This document shows, piece by piece, positions 8,996 through 17,243 of a DNA stretch of 32,000 nucleotides; the stretch's first letter is position 1; every line of letters starts with the position of its first letter. The translations under genes and the position numbers were made by a program. The notes under the pieces are model-generated. The model worked only from the letters and a program-made list of their open reading frames with translations, did no database searches and had not been told where the DNA came from. Source of the DNA: Candidatus Paracaedimonas acanthamoebae (GTDB lineage Bacteria; Pseudomonadota; Alphaproteobacteria; Caedimonadales; Caedimonadaceae). The stretch lies in assembly GCA_000743035.1 (NCBI GenBank), contig CP008936.1:390001-422000 (forward strand), read 5' to 3'.

Positions 8996-9050
8996 ATCAA
9001 TTCTAAATGGTTTTGCCTGACCTTCTTAAAAAGCTCCAGCAGCCCGAAGG

Positions 9051-9380
9051 CTACTGAACTGAGTTAACAGGGAAGGCTTTACGGGAAGTGAAATACTCCT
9101 CGTCATTCGGCATGGAATCCATGCCAAACTTGTTGATTGTTTGTTCATTTATTGAATCTTTTTCCTGTTTATAAGTATTATAAAGAATAGAAGGGAGAGA
9201 AACTTTTGATTTCTCTCGACCTTCTATCGTTGGCGCGGGAGGAACGCCAAACTTTATTACGGAATTTTGGTTTAAGATTGTTTGAGCTTTGATTGGTTCA
9301 AACCTATCTATTAATCTAAGTGACACACAATATGATAAATTGTTCATCAATTTTTTAGTGCTGAAATAACTATAAAACAT
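9051..9380 (-). CDS. hypothetical protein (weakly supported ORF)
   Basis: 109-codon ORF with no recognised motif. An internal (I/N)KFG(V/M)...P repeat occurs twice. A hairpin AGTAGCC-TTCG-GGCTGCT plus CTTTTT overlaps its stop. Confidence 0.3.
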   Translation of the reverse strand: MFYSYFSTKKLMNNLSYCVSLRLIDRFEPIKAQTILNQNSVIKFGVPPAPTIEGREKSKVSLPSILYNTYKQEKDSINEQTINKFGMDSMPNDEEYFTSRKAFPVNSVQ

Positions 9381-9476
9381 GTTCTTTTCCCCAATTTCTC
9401 TACCTGTTTATTTCGTCTTATTATTCTAATTATTATAACGATATAATATTGATGTTTTCTTGTAAAGAAAAATAAG

Positions 9477-9500
9477 AAGGATAATTTCTTATTTAGAAAA
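9477..9500. repeat. copy A of an AT-rich box, GATAATTT-CTTATTTAGAAA
   Basis: It shares an exact 12-mer CTTATTTAGAAA and an 8-mer GATAATTT with copy B. It contains the TTTCT-N5-AGAAA dyad (a T-N11-A type). Confidence 0.5.
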
Positions 9501-9656
9501 TAATATATAAAACAATAACTTAATTGTAGATATTTAAGGCCATAACCAATATAAGTTTTCGTTATTTTGTAGGAAATAATTCAAAAAAACACCTACAAAC
9601 AAGAATTTAGTGTTGACTCGATAATTTTATCAAGGTAGATATATTTTAGAAAAATT

Positions 9657-9683
9657 TAAGATAATTTTTTCTTATTTAGAAAG
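9657..9683. repeat. copy B of the AT-rich box, GATAATTT(TTT)CTTATTTAGAAA
   Basis: Same box about 180 bp from copy A, with 3 extra T between the two halves. Confidence 0.5.
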
Positions 9684-9822
9684 AAATCTCACTATGAAAA
9701 AGAAAATTATAGAGTTAAGCAATATTCCTCATCAATTTATGATCTCTGTAGTTCAAAAATAATTTTAATGAATGATGCTGTTAAACATTAGAGTGTATTG
9801 GTTGATAATAATATAAGCTAAT

Positions 9823-10746
9823 CTAGTTTTTTCTAAAAACATGAGAATCTGGCTTTTTACTCTCTTTTTCTAAAATCTCAACCATATAGTCCCCAAAGAC
9901 TGTTAAGCGTTTAACATGCTCAAGCCTTTTAGGGTATACATAATGTACATCAACCATAGGTCCTTCTATGTCTGAAAGAACTTCTATGAGCTTTACGCCT
10001 TTAGATACTTCCTGAAATTTTGAAATTGATACGATTCCTAAACCAAGTTCCGCTGCTCTTGCGAGTCCTAATGCAGAGTTAACTTGCAAATAAGGCTCTC
10101 TCGTTTCGTCATTTTTTGTCCCAAGCTTTAAATGCCAATCTACATTTCCAAAGGGGACTCTTTTATCTTTAGCAAATGCAATTAACCTATGGTTATCTAA
10201 ATCTCCTGGCTTTTTGGGAACACCAAACTCTTTCAGGTATAAAGGGCTTGCAAATAAGCCTAAGGGATAAGACAGCAGGTATATATGGACAAGTTCAGGG
10301 CTCTTAGGAACAAAAGGTCTAATAGCAACATCAGCATTTTGAGATCGCATATCCAAATTTTCATCATTTCCGCTAATGCTTATTCGCATCTCTGGGTATT
10401 TTTTCAAAAAGCCTGGTACATAATGAATTAGCCACGCTGCATGACCCACTGTCGTTGCTATATTAAGCTTACCTTTTGGTTCATTATGCTTTTCAGACAT
10501 GAGGCTTTCAACTATTTTAGCCTCAAATAATAGCTTTCCAACTACTTCATAGACTAGTTGTCCTTCGGGTGTTAAAGAAACAGTACCATGGCCTCTTTCC
10601 AATAACAGACTCCCAAATTGGTCTTCTAACTCAGAAATTTGACGACTCAACCATGATTGTTTGACGCCGACTATTGACTCAGCCAAAGTGAAGCTTCTTG
10701 TTTTTGCAACATAATAGAATGCAGATAATTGTTTAAGGTCTAGCAA
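9823..10746 (-). CDS. LysR-family transcriptional regulator
   Basis: N-terminal HTH (LKQLSAFYYVAKTRSFTLAESIVGVKQSWLSRQISELE) plus a periplasmic-binding-protein-like effector domain. About 300 aa. TTG start. Confidence 0.88.
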   Translation of the reverse strand: MLDLKQLSAFYYVAKTRSFTLAESIVGVKQSWLSRQISELEDQFGSLLLERGHGTVSLTPEGQLVYEVVGKLLFEAKIVESLMSEKHNEPKGKLNIATTVGHAAWLIHYVPGFLKKYPEMRISISGNDENLDMRSQNADVAIRPFVPKSPELVHIYLLSYPLGLFASPLYLKEFGVPKKPGDLDNHRLIAFAKDKRVPFGNVDWHLKLGTKNDETREPYLQVNSALGLARAAELGLGIVSISKFQEVSKGVKLIEVLSDIEGPMVDVHYVYPKRLEHVKRLTVFGDYMVEILEKESKKPDSHVFRKN

Positions 10747-11469
10747 TAGTGTTTTCCAATCAATAAATTAGCTACTCTTCTTCGAATGAAAGAACAGCAA
10801 TAAATTTTTCTCACCATATCATGGCCTAATGTTAAATCTTTTTCTAGGAAAATTATGTATTATTTATGAAACTTAATAGGATGTGCGTATGGAATTAACT
10901 CCAAAAATTAGACGGCTAATTTTAGGAGTTTACTTTAACATTCGTGGGGGATGATTTTACTCTTTAAGCCAGCCCTGTAGGTGTATTTATTATTTTTTCT
11001 CACAACTCGCCAGTTAATCTGCTTGAAGGCTAAGGTGGCCCCCTCCCACCCATAATAACTTCAGATTAACATGAAGTATTTTCATATTTCAAGAAGAAAA
11101 GCAGCCCGTGTCTTATGCTCCTCATTATTGTGCCACAGCGTAAGGAAAGTTCTCTTACTGAAATCATTACCATTCCACTTTCCTGAATGTCCTTAAGCCA
11201 ACTCATGTTTACTTCACGACACCTTTTCTCTTCTCTTTTTTGATATAGCTGTGTGTCTCAGCCTTTCATGCCCTTCATTCCCTCTTTATTGGGACTCAAC
11301 CTATTCCTGACCTTTTTCCTCATGGCTTTAGCTTTGGCGTGTCTTTTTTCAAGTATCTTTGCGTCGCAAGCGGTCTCCCGAAAAGAAGCTTGAAAAACTC
11401 CCCTGATGCCAAAGCTTTTTTAATCCATGAAGGTCGGGATGGTCTCGCCTCAAGCATAGGAGAATTTAA

Positions 11470-11662
11470 ATGAAAAACAATCAACCAACACATATTATTT
11501 ATCAAGTTATTGAGAGAGAAAAAGACTTAAAGATTTGGTCAAAAAATTGGCGTTGCTTGGATGCATCAAGATGGAGAAGGTTTTAACCTTACTTTTGATG
11601 CTTTTCCCCTTACAGGAAGTGTGGTAGTTCGTAAAAAATTATCAGAGGAGAAGGGGGTTTAG
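11470..11662 (+). pseudogene. small conserved-looking ORF (about 63 codons) split by a 1-nt frameshift in an A6 run
   Basis: ATG at 11470 follows AGGAG. MKNNQPTHIIYQVIEREKDLKIWSK continues, after the A6 tract at 11541-11546, in the +1 frame as IGVAWMHQDGEGFNLTFDAFPLTGSVVVRKKLSEEKGV*. Removing one A fuses the two parts. Confidence 0.5.
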
Positions 11663-11716
11663 CCCTCTTTTTCTTTTTAAAATTGGAAAAAATAAAATCT
11701 AAAAACGCACCATTTC

Positions 11717-12049
11717 TTAACCCTTATTTCTATATGATATTTTTGAAGTATTAGAAAATTCTACCTTCCCCTTAAGGGCCAGATAACTATGAGAATATTC
11801 CTCCGTTTCTTTGAGCAAAGATCTTAACTCTAGTAAAGCACCAAAGAGGGCATAAACTTGGTCTTTGCAATCAATATCTTTTTGAAGGTCAGCTCCTAAT
11901 ACGATTGAAAATTCATCCAGTAATCCTGCTTTATCCAGGAGTCCTCCGGCCTGTACAAGTGTTCTAGTACGTGCTTTTCGGAGCGCAGAATTAATAAAAG
12001 CTGCCTCAGCTTCTTCCTTTCTTTTTAATCGTTGAATATCTTGTCTCAC
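11717..12049 (-). CDS. traD: conjugal transfer protein TraD, Ti-plasmid type (small Dtr accessory protein)
   Basis: RKARTRTLVQAGGLLDKAGLL...LFGALLEL matches the remembered Ti TraD core (RxRTRxLIxLGGLVxKAGL...GAxLEL). It follows traC by 4 nt. GTG start. Confidence 0.7.
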   Translation of the reverse strand: MRQDIQRLKRKEEAEAAFINSALRKARTRTLVQAGGLLDKAGLLDEFSIVLGADLQKDIDCKDQVYALFGALLELRSLLKETEEYSHSYLALKGKVEFSNTSKISYRNKG

Positions 12050-12053
12050 ACGC

Positions 12054-12302
12054 TTAATTTTCTTGTAATAAATTTTGAGAAGGGCGAAAGGAATTTGCCT
12101 TTTGCAACCACACTTCTTTCAGTTTAGAAGATTTATTTTCCCATGTATGAGAAACAAGCCCAACGACAAGCTCAGGCGAATATTCTTCCCCTAAAATTTT
12201 GTGGAACCTTCTATAAAGCGTGAGAGCTTCTTTGGTTTCCAGTTCAACTTCTTTTTTCTTAAGATGCTCAATTTTTTTCCTGATCATGTCGATGTTATTC
12301 AT
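12054..12302 (-). CDS. traC: conjugal transfer protein TraC, Ti-plasmid type (relaxosome accessory)
   Basis: 82 aa. The N-terminal coiled segment IRKKIEHLKKKEVELETKEA resembles Ti TraC (IREEIARLQEQLKQAETREA). It is divergent from traA, as on Ti plasmids. The ATG at 12302 is downstream of AGGAG. The 149-aa track ORF start is rejected. Confidence 0.6.
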   Translation of the reverse strand: MNNIDMIRKKIEHLKKKEVELETKEALTLYRRFHKILGEEYSPELVVGLVSHTWENKSSKLKEVWLQKANSFRPSQNLLQEN

Positions 12303-12457
12303 ATATGTTATTCTCCTAAAATCTACGATGTTATTTCTTGCCAAAATGAAGATAGACTCTCCCTTAAAATCCCACTTTTCCCTTTGTGATATGCAACTAA
12401 AAGCATATAATAAAAATGGAAAAACAACAAGTCTTGGAGACAATTTTGTTGGGACAA

Positions 12458-12508
12458 GCGCGCTTATACATCGCATAAAAATGCAACGTTTGCTCCGACG
12501 CAAGCGTC
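12458..12508 (-). other. candidate oriT (nick-region-like sequence plus adjacent inverted repeat)
   Basis: It lies in the 275-bp traC-traA divergent intergenic region. Read on the minus strand, an imperfect inverted repeat GACGCTTGC-GTCGGA-GCAAACGTT (12485-12508) is followed by GCGATGTATAAGCGCGC (12458-12474). That resembles the MOBQ/Ti nick core as I remember it (ACGTATAATTGCGCCCT). Confidence 0.4.
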
Positions 12509-12577
12509 TTGGATTGTCAGGATAGAAATAGGTTCGGAAGGAATAATTTTAAGATGTAGGAAACTGAACATATCAAT

Positions 12578-15500
12578 ATGGCGATTTATCACTTTAGCAG
12601 TAAGATAATTTCACGTTCTTCACGTAATACAGTACGAGCTTTGGCTTACCGTACAGGCTGCAAAGTCTATGACCACAGAATTGGCCAACTCATGGTCACC
12701 CGCAAGAAAATGTATGAGGTGCAGCATGTTGAATTATTGCTTTCTCAAGACGCGCCAGAATGGGCTTGTAAATTAAAAGAACTGATTTCTGTAGATCGAC
12801 AAAAAGGGGTTCAGCAATTTTCAGATATTGTTGAAGCAGCTGAGCGTCGACGTGATGCTCAAGTGTATCGCGAACTTGAATTTGCTCTTCCCCAAGAATT
12901 GAGTGATGAACAAAACATTTCTTTAGCTCGTGAATATTTAGAAAACCAGTGTTGTAAGCTTGGGATAAGTGTTCTTGCCAACTTCCATTTTGATATTGAT
13001 GAAGAAATTAGTGAGAGAAAACCTCACTGTCATGCTTTGCTCTTTACAAGAAGGTTAACAAATGAGGGACTGGCCCTCAAAAAAGAGCGCGCGTGGAATC
13101 AAAAATCCCAGCATGAAACCTGGCGAGAGCAATGGGCTGCTTATGTTAATTTTCATCTTAAAATGTATGGCATTGAGCAACAGATTGACCATCGATCGAA
13201 TGCCGAAAGAGGCATCGAGATAGAGCCTCAGCCCAAACGAGGAACAAACATCAAGGATATGGAATTTCGGGGTGGGAATAATCTAAAAGACCTCTTCTCA
13301 GCTGCAACTTCAGAAAAAGCCATAGCCTTTAAAGAAACAAAACTCAGGAATGTTTGCCGTATCATTAGAAAACCTGAAATTGTTCTTGATATTGTAAGCA
13401 AGCATCACTCGACTTTTATGTGGGGTGATGTTGAGAAAGTGCTGAACCGCTATATTGATGATCGTGATCTTTATCAGCAATTAGAACAGAAGCTCAAATT
13501 TTCAAAAGAACTCGTATTGTTAAGATATAAATCTGTTAAAAACAAAGATGGTTCCATAGAAGACCATTCCATCTACACGACCAGATCCATGGTTGAATCT
13601 GAAATAAATCTGGTGCAATTGGCTGAAAGACTCAGTAAAGCAAAAAGCCATGAAGTTTATCGTCATAAAGTGAACGCTGTTATTACTCAGTTTGACCAAA
13701 AACTCTCAAAGCATGGTGGTCTCTCTCCTGATCAAAAGAAAGCCCTTGATCATATTACAGCGCCAAACCAGCTTTCTTGCATTGTAGGATACGCTGGTGC
13801 AGGTAAAACAACAGCTTTAGAGGCGGCTAAAGAAATCTGGGAAGCGGAAGGTTACAAAGTTTATGGTCTAGCGCCAACAGGACGCGCAGCACAGAACCTT
13901 GCGCAATCAGGCATCCCCTCACAAACTCTTCACAAATTCCTTAAATCTCATAAAGAAGGAAGGTGCCGATATAAGGCTAACTCTGTCCTTGTGCTTGATG
14001 AAGCAGGGATGGTGGACACTGAAAGGTTTGATGAATTCTTGCAGGCGGTGGATGATTTAAAGGTTAAGGCTGTCATTGTGTGGGATGGGGCACAATTGCA
14101 GCCCGTTGAGGCAGGTCCTGCCTTTAGACTTGTCACGCAAAAGGTAGGATCATCCCACCTTGAAAAAGTCATCCGTCAGCAAGAGGTATGGCAACAGGAT
14201 GCAACAAAACTTTTTGGCACCCTTAGTACGGCAGAAGCCCTTCAAGCTTATCATCAAAAGGGATATGTGCAGTTTATTGAAGAAAAAGAGATTCCTCTTG
14301 CTGAACTGATTGAAACAAGAAATCACGCGAAGATTGTTGAAACATACAACCTTTCCCGTCGAATGGTCGGGAATATTTACCACTCGATGATTGAGGATAT
14401 TAAAAAAGATAATCATGAAGAAAAGAATCCTCATTACCATCTTCATAGTCATTATGACTATGCCCTCTATCAAGAATGGGGAGATATTAAAATGGCGTGT
14501 GCTAACTATATGAAGCAGAATATTGAAGAATGCCGATCTTTGATGCAAGAGCTTGGCGTTGATCCTCATCACTTTGCAGAACAGTTTATTGATAAAAATA
14601 AAAGTATCAACGAGCAAAAACTGGAAGCCGCTGTCTTAGCTCGCCAATGGCAATTACCTCAGCTTGATCCACAGCAAAGAAAGCATATTTGTGAGCTTAG
14701 GGAAGAAACCAAGAAAGCCTTAATTGAAAAGTGGTATGCATCCTTTAAAAAAGATCCGCAAAAATCCCATTTGATTATGACCTATAGCAAGGCAGACACA
14801 GCCATGCTTAATGAAGAAGCACGCCATCTTATGAAGCAAGATGGAATTATCTCCAAAGAGGAGTACCTTCTTACCATACATAAAGAAGATGAAGACGACT
14901 TTGGGGACAAAATTATTACAAAAGAAGAGAAGAACTTTTCCCAAGGCGATCGTATTCTCTTCATGAAAAATGATAATGGTCTTGGCGTTAGAAATGGAAC
15001 ATTAGGAATAATTGTTGAGATTGACCGCCATAAGATCAAAGCCAAGCTTGATTCCACTGATACAATTGTTTCCTTTGCTCCTAAGCTTTATCCTTACTTT
15101 GATCAAGGGTGGGCAGCCAATATCCATAAGTCCCAAGGTGTCACGGTTGATCGAGCATTCCTTTTAGCGACTCATGAAACTTTCCGCAACCTTGCTTATG
15201 TAGGAATGACAAGGCACCGAGAGTTTATAAAAGTGTTTGGCTCAAAATTGGATTTCTGGAGAGAAGAAATCTTTTTTAATCGGTTATCATCCTCACAAGA
15301 GAAGCTCTCTAGCTTGGATTATGTAAAAGATTACGGTAGCATCAATCTTCCAAAGCAAAATTCTAAATTGCAAGAAATCCTTAATCGCCTTGGCAATGAA
15401 TTAGAGGCTATTCGTTATGTCTCCAAGCAAGCGTGGCAAAGTATTGCTGAGCGGTTTTTAGGTAAAATTCCTGAGCAGCAAGAGATCCGCATTTCTCAAG

Positions 15501-15889
15501 AAAGCATGAGTGAGCATGTAAGGGCGAAAGAGTTACTTGAGAATAAAGAAAATACAAATTCTCAGATTCATACTATTGCCACAAAATTAAGAGATGAGAT
15601 TGAGCCTGAAAAGCTTCTTTTAAAGCTTCAAATTCATCAACAGCCAAAACCAGACCAAACACCCATTGAGAGGATTAAATTACTTATGCATGAGCAAAAA
15701 TTTGCGCGTACGGTTACTGAAAAAGAACAAGCAGAAGCCAATTTAAAGAATTACGCTCAAGAACTTTATAAACAAGACCCAACCTTTAAATGCATGAGAG
15801 ATAAAGATCTGGAATTGACCAAACAGATTAGAGCCATCCTGTTTGAGGAGAATAAAAGTAAGCAAATTGATAAAGAATTTAAACGATAA
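12578..15889 (+). CDS. traA: conjugative relaxase/helicase TraA, Ti-plasmid type (MobA/MobL relaxase plus RecD-like helicase)
   Basis: N-terminus MAIYHFSSKIISRSSRNTVRALAYRTG. Histidine motif HFDIDEEISERKPHCHALL. Helicase Walker A GYAGAGKTT and Walker B VLVLDEAGMV. Late helicase motifs IHKSQGVTVD and YVGMTRHR. 1103 aa, as for Ti TraA. Confidence 0.93.
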   Translation: MAIYHFSSKIISRSSRNTVRALAYRTGCKVYDHRIGQLMVTRKKMYEVQHVELLLSQDAPEWACKLKELISVDRQKGVQQFSDIVEAAERRRDAQVYRELEFALPQELSDEQNISLAREYLENQCCKLGISVLANFHFDIDEEISERKPHCHALLFTRRLTNEGLALKKERAWNQKSQHETWREQWAAYVNFHLKMYGIEQQIDHRSNAERGIEIEPQPKRGTNIKDMEFRGGNNLKDLFSAATSEKAIAFKETKLRNVCRIIRKPEIVLDIVSKHHSTFMWGDVEKVLNRYIDDRDLYQQLEQKLKFSKELVLLRYKSVKNKDGSIEDHSIYTTRSMVESEINLVQLAERLSKAKSHEVYRHKVNAVITQFDQKLSKHGGLSPDQKKALDHITAPNQLSCIVGYAGAGKTTALEAAKEIWEAEGYKVYGLAPTGRAAQNLAQSGIPSQTLHKFLKSHKEGRCRYKANSVLVLDEAGMVDTERFDEFLQAVDDLKVKAVIVWDGAQLQPVEAGPAFRLVTQKVGSSHLEKVIRQQEVWQQDATKLFGTLSTAEALQAYHQKGYVQFIEEKEIPLAELIETRNHAKIVETYNLSRRMVGNIYHSMIEDIKKDNHEEKNPHYHLHSHYDYALYQEWGDIKMACANYMKQNIEECRSLMQELGVDPHHFAEQFIDKNKSINEQKLEAAVLARQWQLPQLDPQQRKHICELREETKKALIEKWYASFKKDPQKSHLIMTYSKADTAMLNEEARHLMKQDGIISKEEYLLTIHKEDEDDFGDKIITKEEKNFSQGDRILFMKNDNGLGVRNGTLGIIVEIDRHKIKAKLDSTDTIVSFAPKLYPYFDQGWAANIHKSQGVTVDRAFLLATHETFRNLAYVGMTRHREFIKVFGSKLDFWREEIFFNRLSSSQEKLSSLDYVKDYGSINLPKQNSKLQEILNRLGNELEAIRYVSKQAWQSIAERFLGKIPEQQEIRISQESMSEHVRAKELLENKENTNSQIHTIATKLRDEIEPEKLLLKLQIHQQPKPDQTPIERIKLLMHEQKFARTVTEKEQAEANLKNYAQELYKQDPTFKCMRDKDLELTKQIRAILFEENKSKQIDKEFKR

Positions 15890-15933
15890 AGACGCCTTTT
15901 CAGCAATGTAGCCTAAGAAGCATTATTTTCTTG

Positions 15934-16731
15934 TTATAGTGTATTCTTAAACTTCTGAACTAATTCGCGAATGGTTTTCACTGAGTTACAAAACTCTCTA
16001 TATGAAAGCCTATTTTCATCAGAAAATTTCATAATTTTTGTGTCTGATTCAATATCTTTTTCTTCAAATTTAAAAATGCTTTCTAGATACTCAATCTTCT
16101 TTTTTGCTTGCTCAATACATGCACTTTGATCAGGAGATGATTGTAGCCACTTGATAACAGTTTGATAATTTCTTGCAATTACTTTACTTGCTCTGTCCAA
16201 GCCGTACCAGCTTTCGAATGTCCAAATATCGTATTTAAAACGAGCATTAAGCATTGTATCAAAAGTAGTGACGCTCTTTGTAGAGAAAAGATCGCAAAAG
16301 GCGAAATCACTACCCCTTGTAAGTGTATCCGCTAATTGGTGATCTCTCATTTCTCTTTTCAAGTTTTCAGGAAGGTAATCAAGAAATAATTGTACTGCTT
16401 TATCTTCTAAATAGGGAATGCTTGAGTTAGCCATGCAATTTATTAAACCGGTTCTTTTGCTACTGAGCAAGTTTGTCTCTTTTTTAAAAGCAGCAACATA
16501 AACGGATAAAACATATTGATCGACCCTATCGTCCTTCAGTTGTTGCGCAAGCGCAAACATTCTACAATTGTCGAAAGGGCGGAAAATTGAAGGATGCTCT
16601 ATATAATCCTCTAACAAAGTATCAAATAAATTTTGGCTCCTTTCAAAAGGGTAATTATCTAACATATAGCGTACGATAACGTGAGTTTCTGGCACGCCCG
16701 ACCAACTGTTGCAATACTCACCAAATAACAC
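15934..16731 (-). CDS. hypothetical protein, 265 aa, no recognised domain (ICE cargo)
   Basis: Long ORF, GTG start, no signal peptide, aromatic-rich helical-looking sequence. It lies 20 nt downstream of the 163-aa ORF in the same orientation. Confidence 0.55.
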   Translation of the reverse strand: MLFGEYCNSWSGVPETHVIVRYMLDNYPFERSQNLFDTLLEDYIEHPSIFRPFDNCRMFALAQQLKDDRVDQYVLSVYVAAFKKETNLLSSKRTGLINCMANSSIPYLEDKAVQLFLDYLPENLKREMRDHQLADTLTRGSDFAFCDLFSTKSVTTFDTMLNARFKYDIWTFESWYGLDRASKVIARNYQTVIKWLQSSPDQSACIEQAKKKIEYLESIFKFEEKDIESDTKIMKFSDENRLSYREFCNSVKTIRELVQKFKNTL

Positions 16732-16751
16732 TGCTGGTTTTTCAGAGTAAG

Positions 16752-17243
16752 CTAAAGCACAGGCTTTAAAAGGAATAGACTCCCTATAGTATGCTCGCTC
16801 TCACTTGGGGTACTTCCATCAAGCGAGATTTTAAGCTGATGGAGGTGCCATGCGGCAAGAGTAGAGGCTGTATGTCGAGCAATGTCAATTAATTGAAAAA
16901 GGTACTCAGAAGAATGACGTATAGCAACTGGAAGTTTCCCCTTAAGCCCAAGGATTAAAATATTAATCTGAGCAATGATCGCATGGGTAGAATTTATATT
17001 AGATAAATCTTCGTAGGCACCTTTCGCGGTACTTTCAAACTTGGTCGTTTTTATAAGATTGGATAAAGTATCGACGTCATTATCTAAAAATTTATTTGAG
17101 GTTATACTTTCTTTTTGTCTTTTTATTTGAAGCTTACGATCCATATATTCTGCTTCTTCTTCTGTTGTCGACAGAGTGCAGAATGAGGCAGATGTAAAAG
17201 CTAGATATAATATCCCAATTAGAGTTAAATGATTTCTTGTCAT
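16752..17243 (-). CDS. hypothetical secreted protein, 163 aa (ICE cargo)
   Basis: N-terminal signal peptide MTRNHLTLIGILYLAFTSASFC, then a charged helical body. No recognised motif. Confidence 0.55.
   Translation of the reverse strand: MTRNHLTLIGILYLAFTSASFCTLSTTEEEAEYMDRKLQIKRQKESITSNKFLDNDVDTLSNLIKTTKFESTAKGAYEDLSNINSTHAIIAQINILILGLKGKLPVAIRHSSEYLFQLIDIARHTASTLAAWHLHQLKISLDGSTPSESEHTIGSLFLLKPVL

Noticed and set aside
9400-9820. AT-rich repeats considered as a CRISPR array or replication origin.
   Set aside because: There are only two repeat copies, with unequal internal spacing. No regular repeat-spacer periodicity, no cas genes, and no DnaA-box-like 9-mers were seen.
11361-11378. A shared 8-mer CGCAAGCG with the candidate oriT inverted repeat (12499-12506), considered as a second relaxase site.
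   Set aside because: An 8-mer is expected about once by chance in 64 kb of two-strand sequence, and the flanks do not match.
11320-11505. A 61-aa minus-strand ORF.
   Set aside because: It has no ribosome-binding site or motif, and it overlaps the start region and Shine-Dalgarno sequence of the better-supported small + ORF at 11470.
12054-12503. The full 149-aa track ORF as the traC(Ti) gene, plus + strand ORFs 12201..12389 and 12220..12525.
   Set aside because: The N-terminal 67 codons are not protein-like and would consume the traC-traA intergenic region that should hold promoters and oriT. An internal ATG (12302) downstream of AGGAG gives a typical 82-aa TraC. The + ORFs are antisense shadows.
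14150-14617. A 155-aa antisense ORF inside traA. Similar antisense or off-frame ORFs occur at 13948..14172, 14720..15057, 21320..21535, 22428..22646, 26468..26665, 27182..27667, 27216..27449, 27624..27926, 28041..28264 and 28323..28696.
   Set aside because: All are embedded in long genes with strong family motifs on the other strand or frame. They have low-complexity F/L/I- or K/S-rich translations typical of shadow ORFs in AT-rich DNA.
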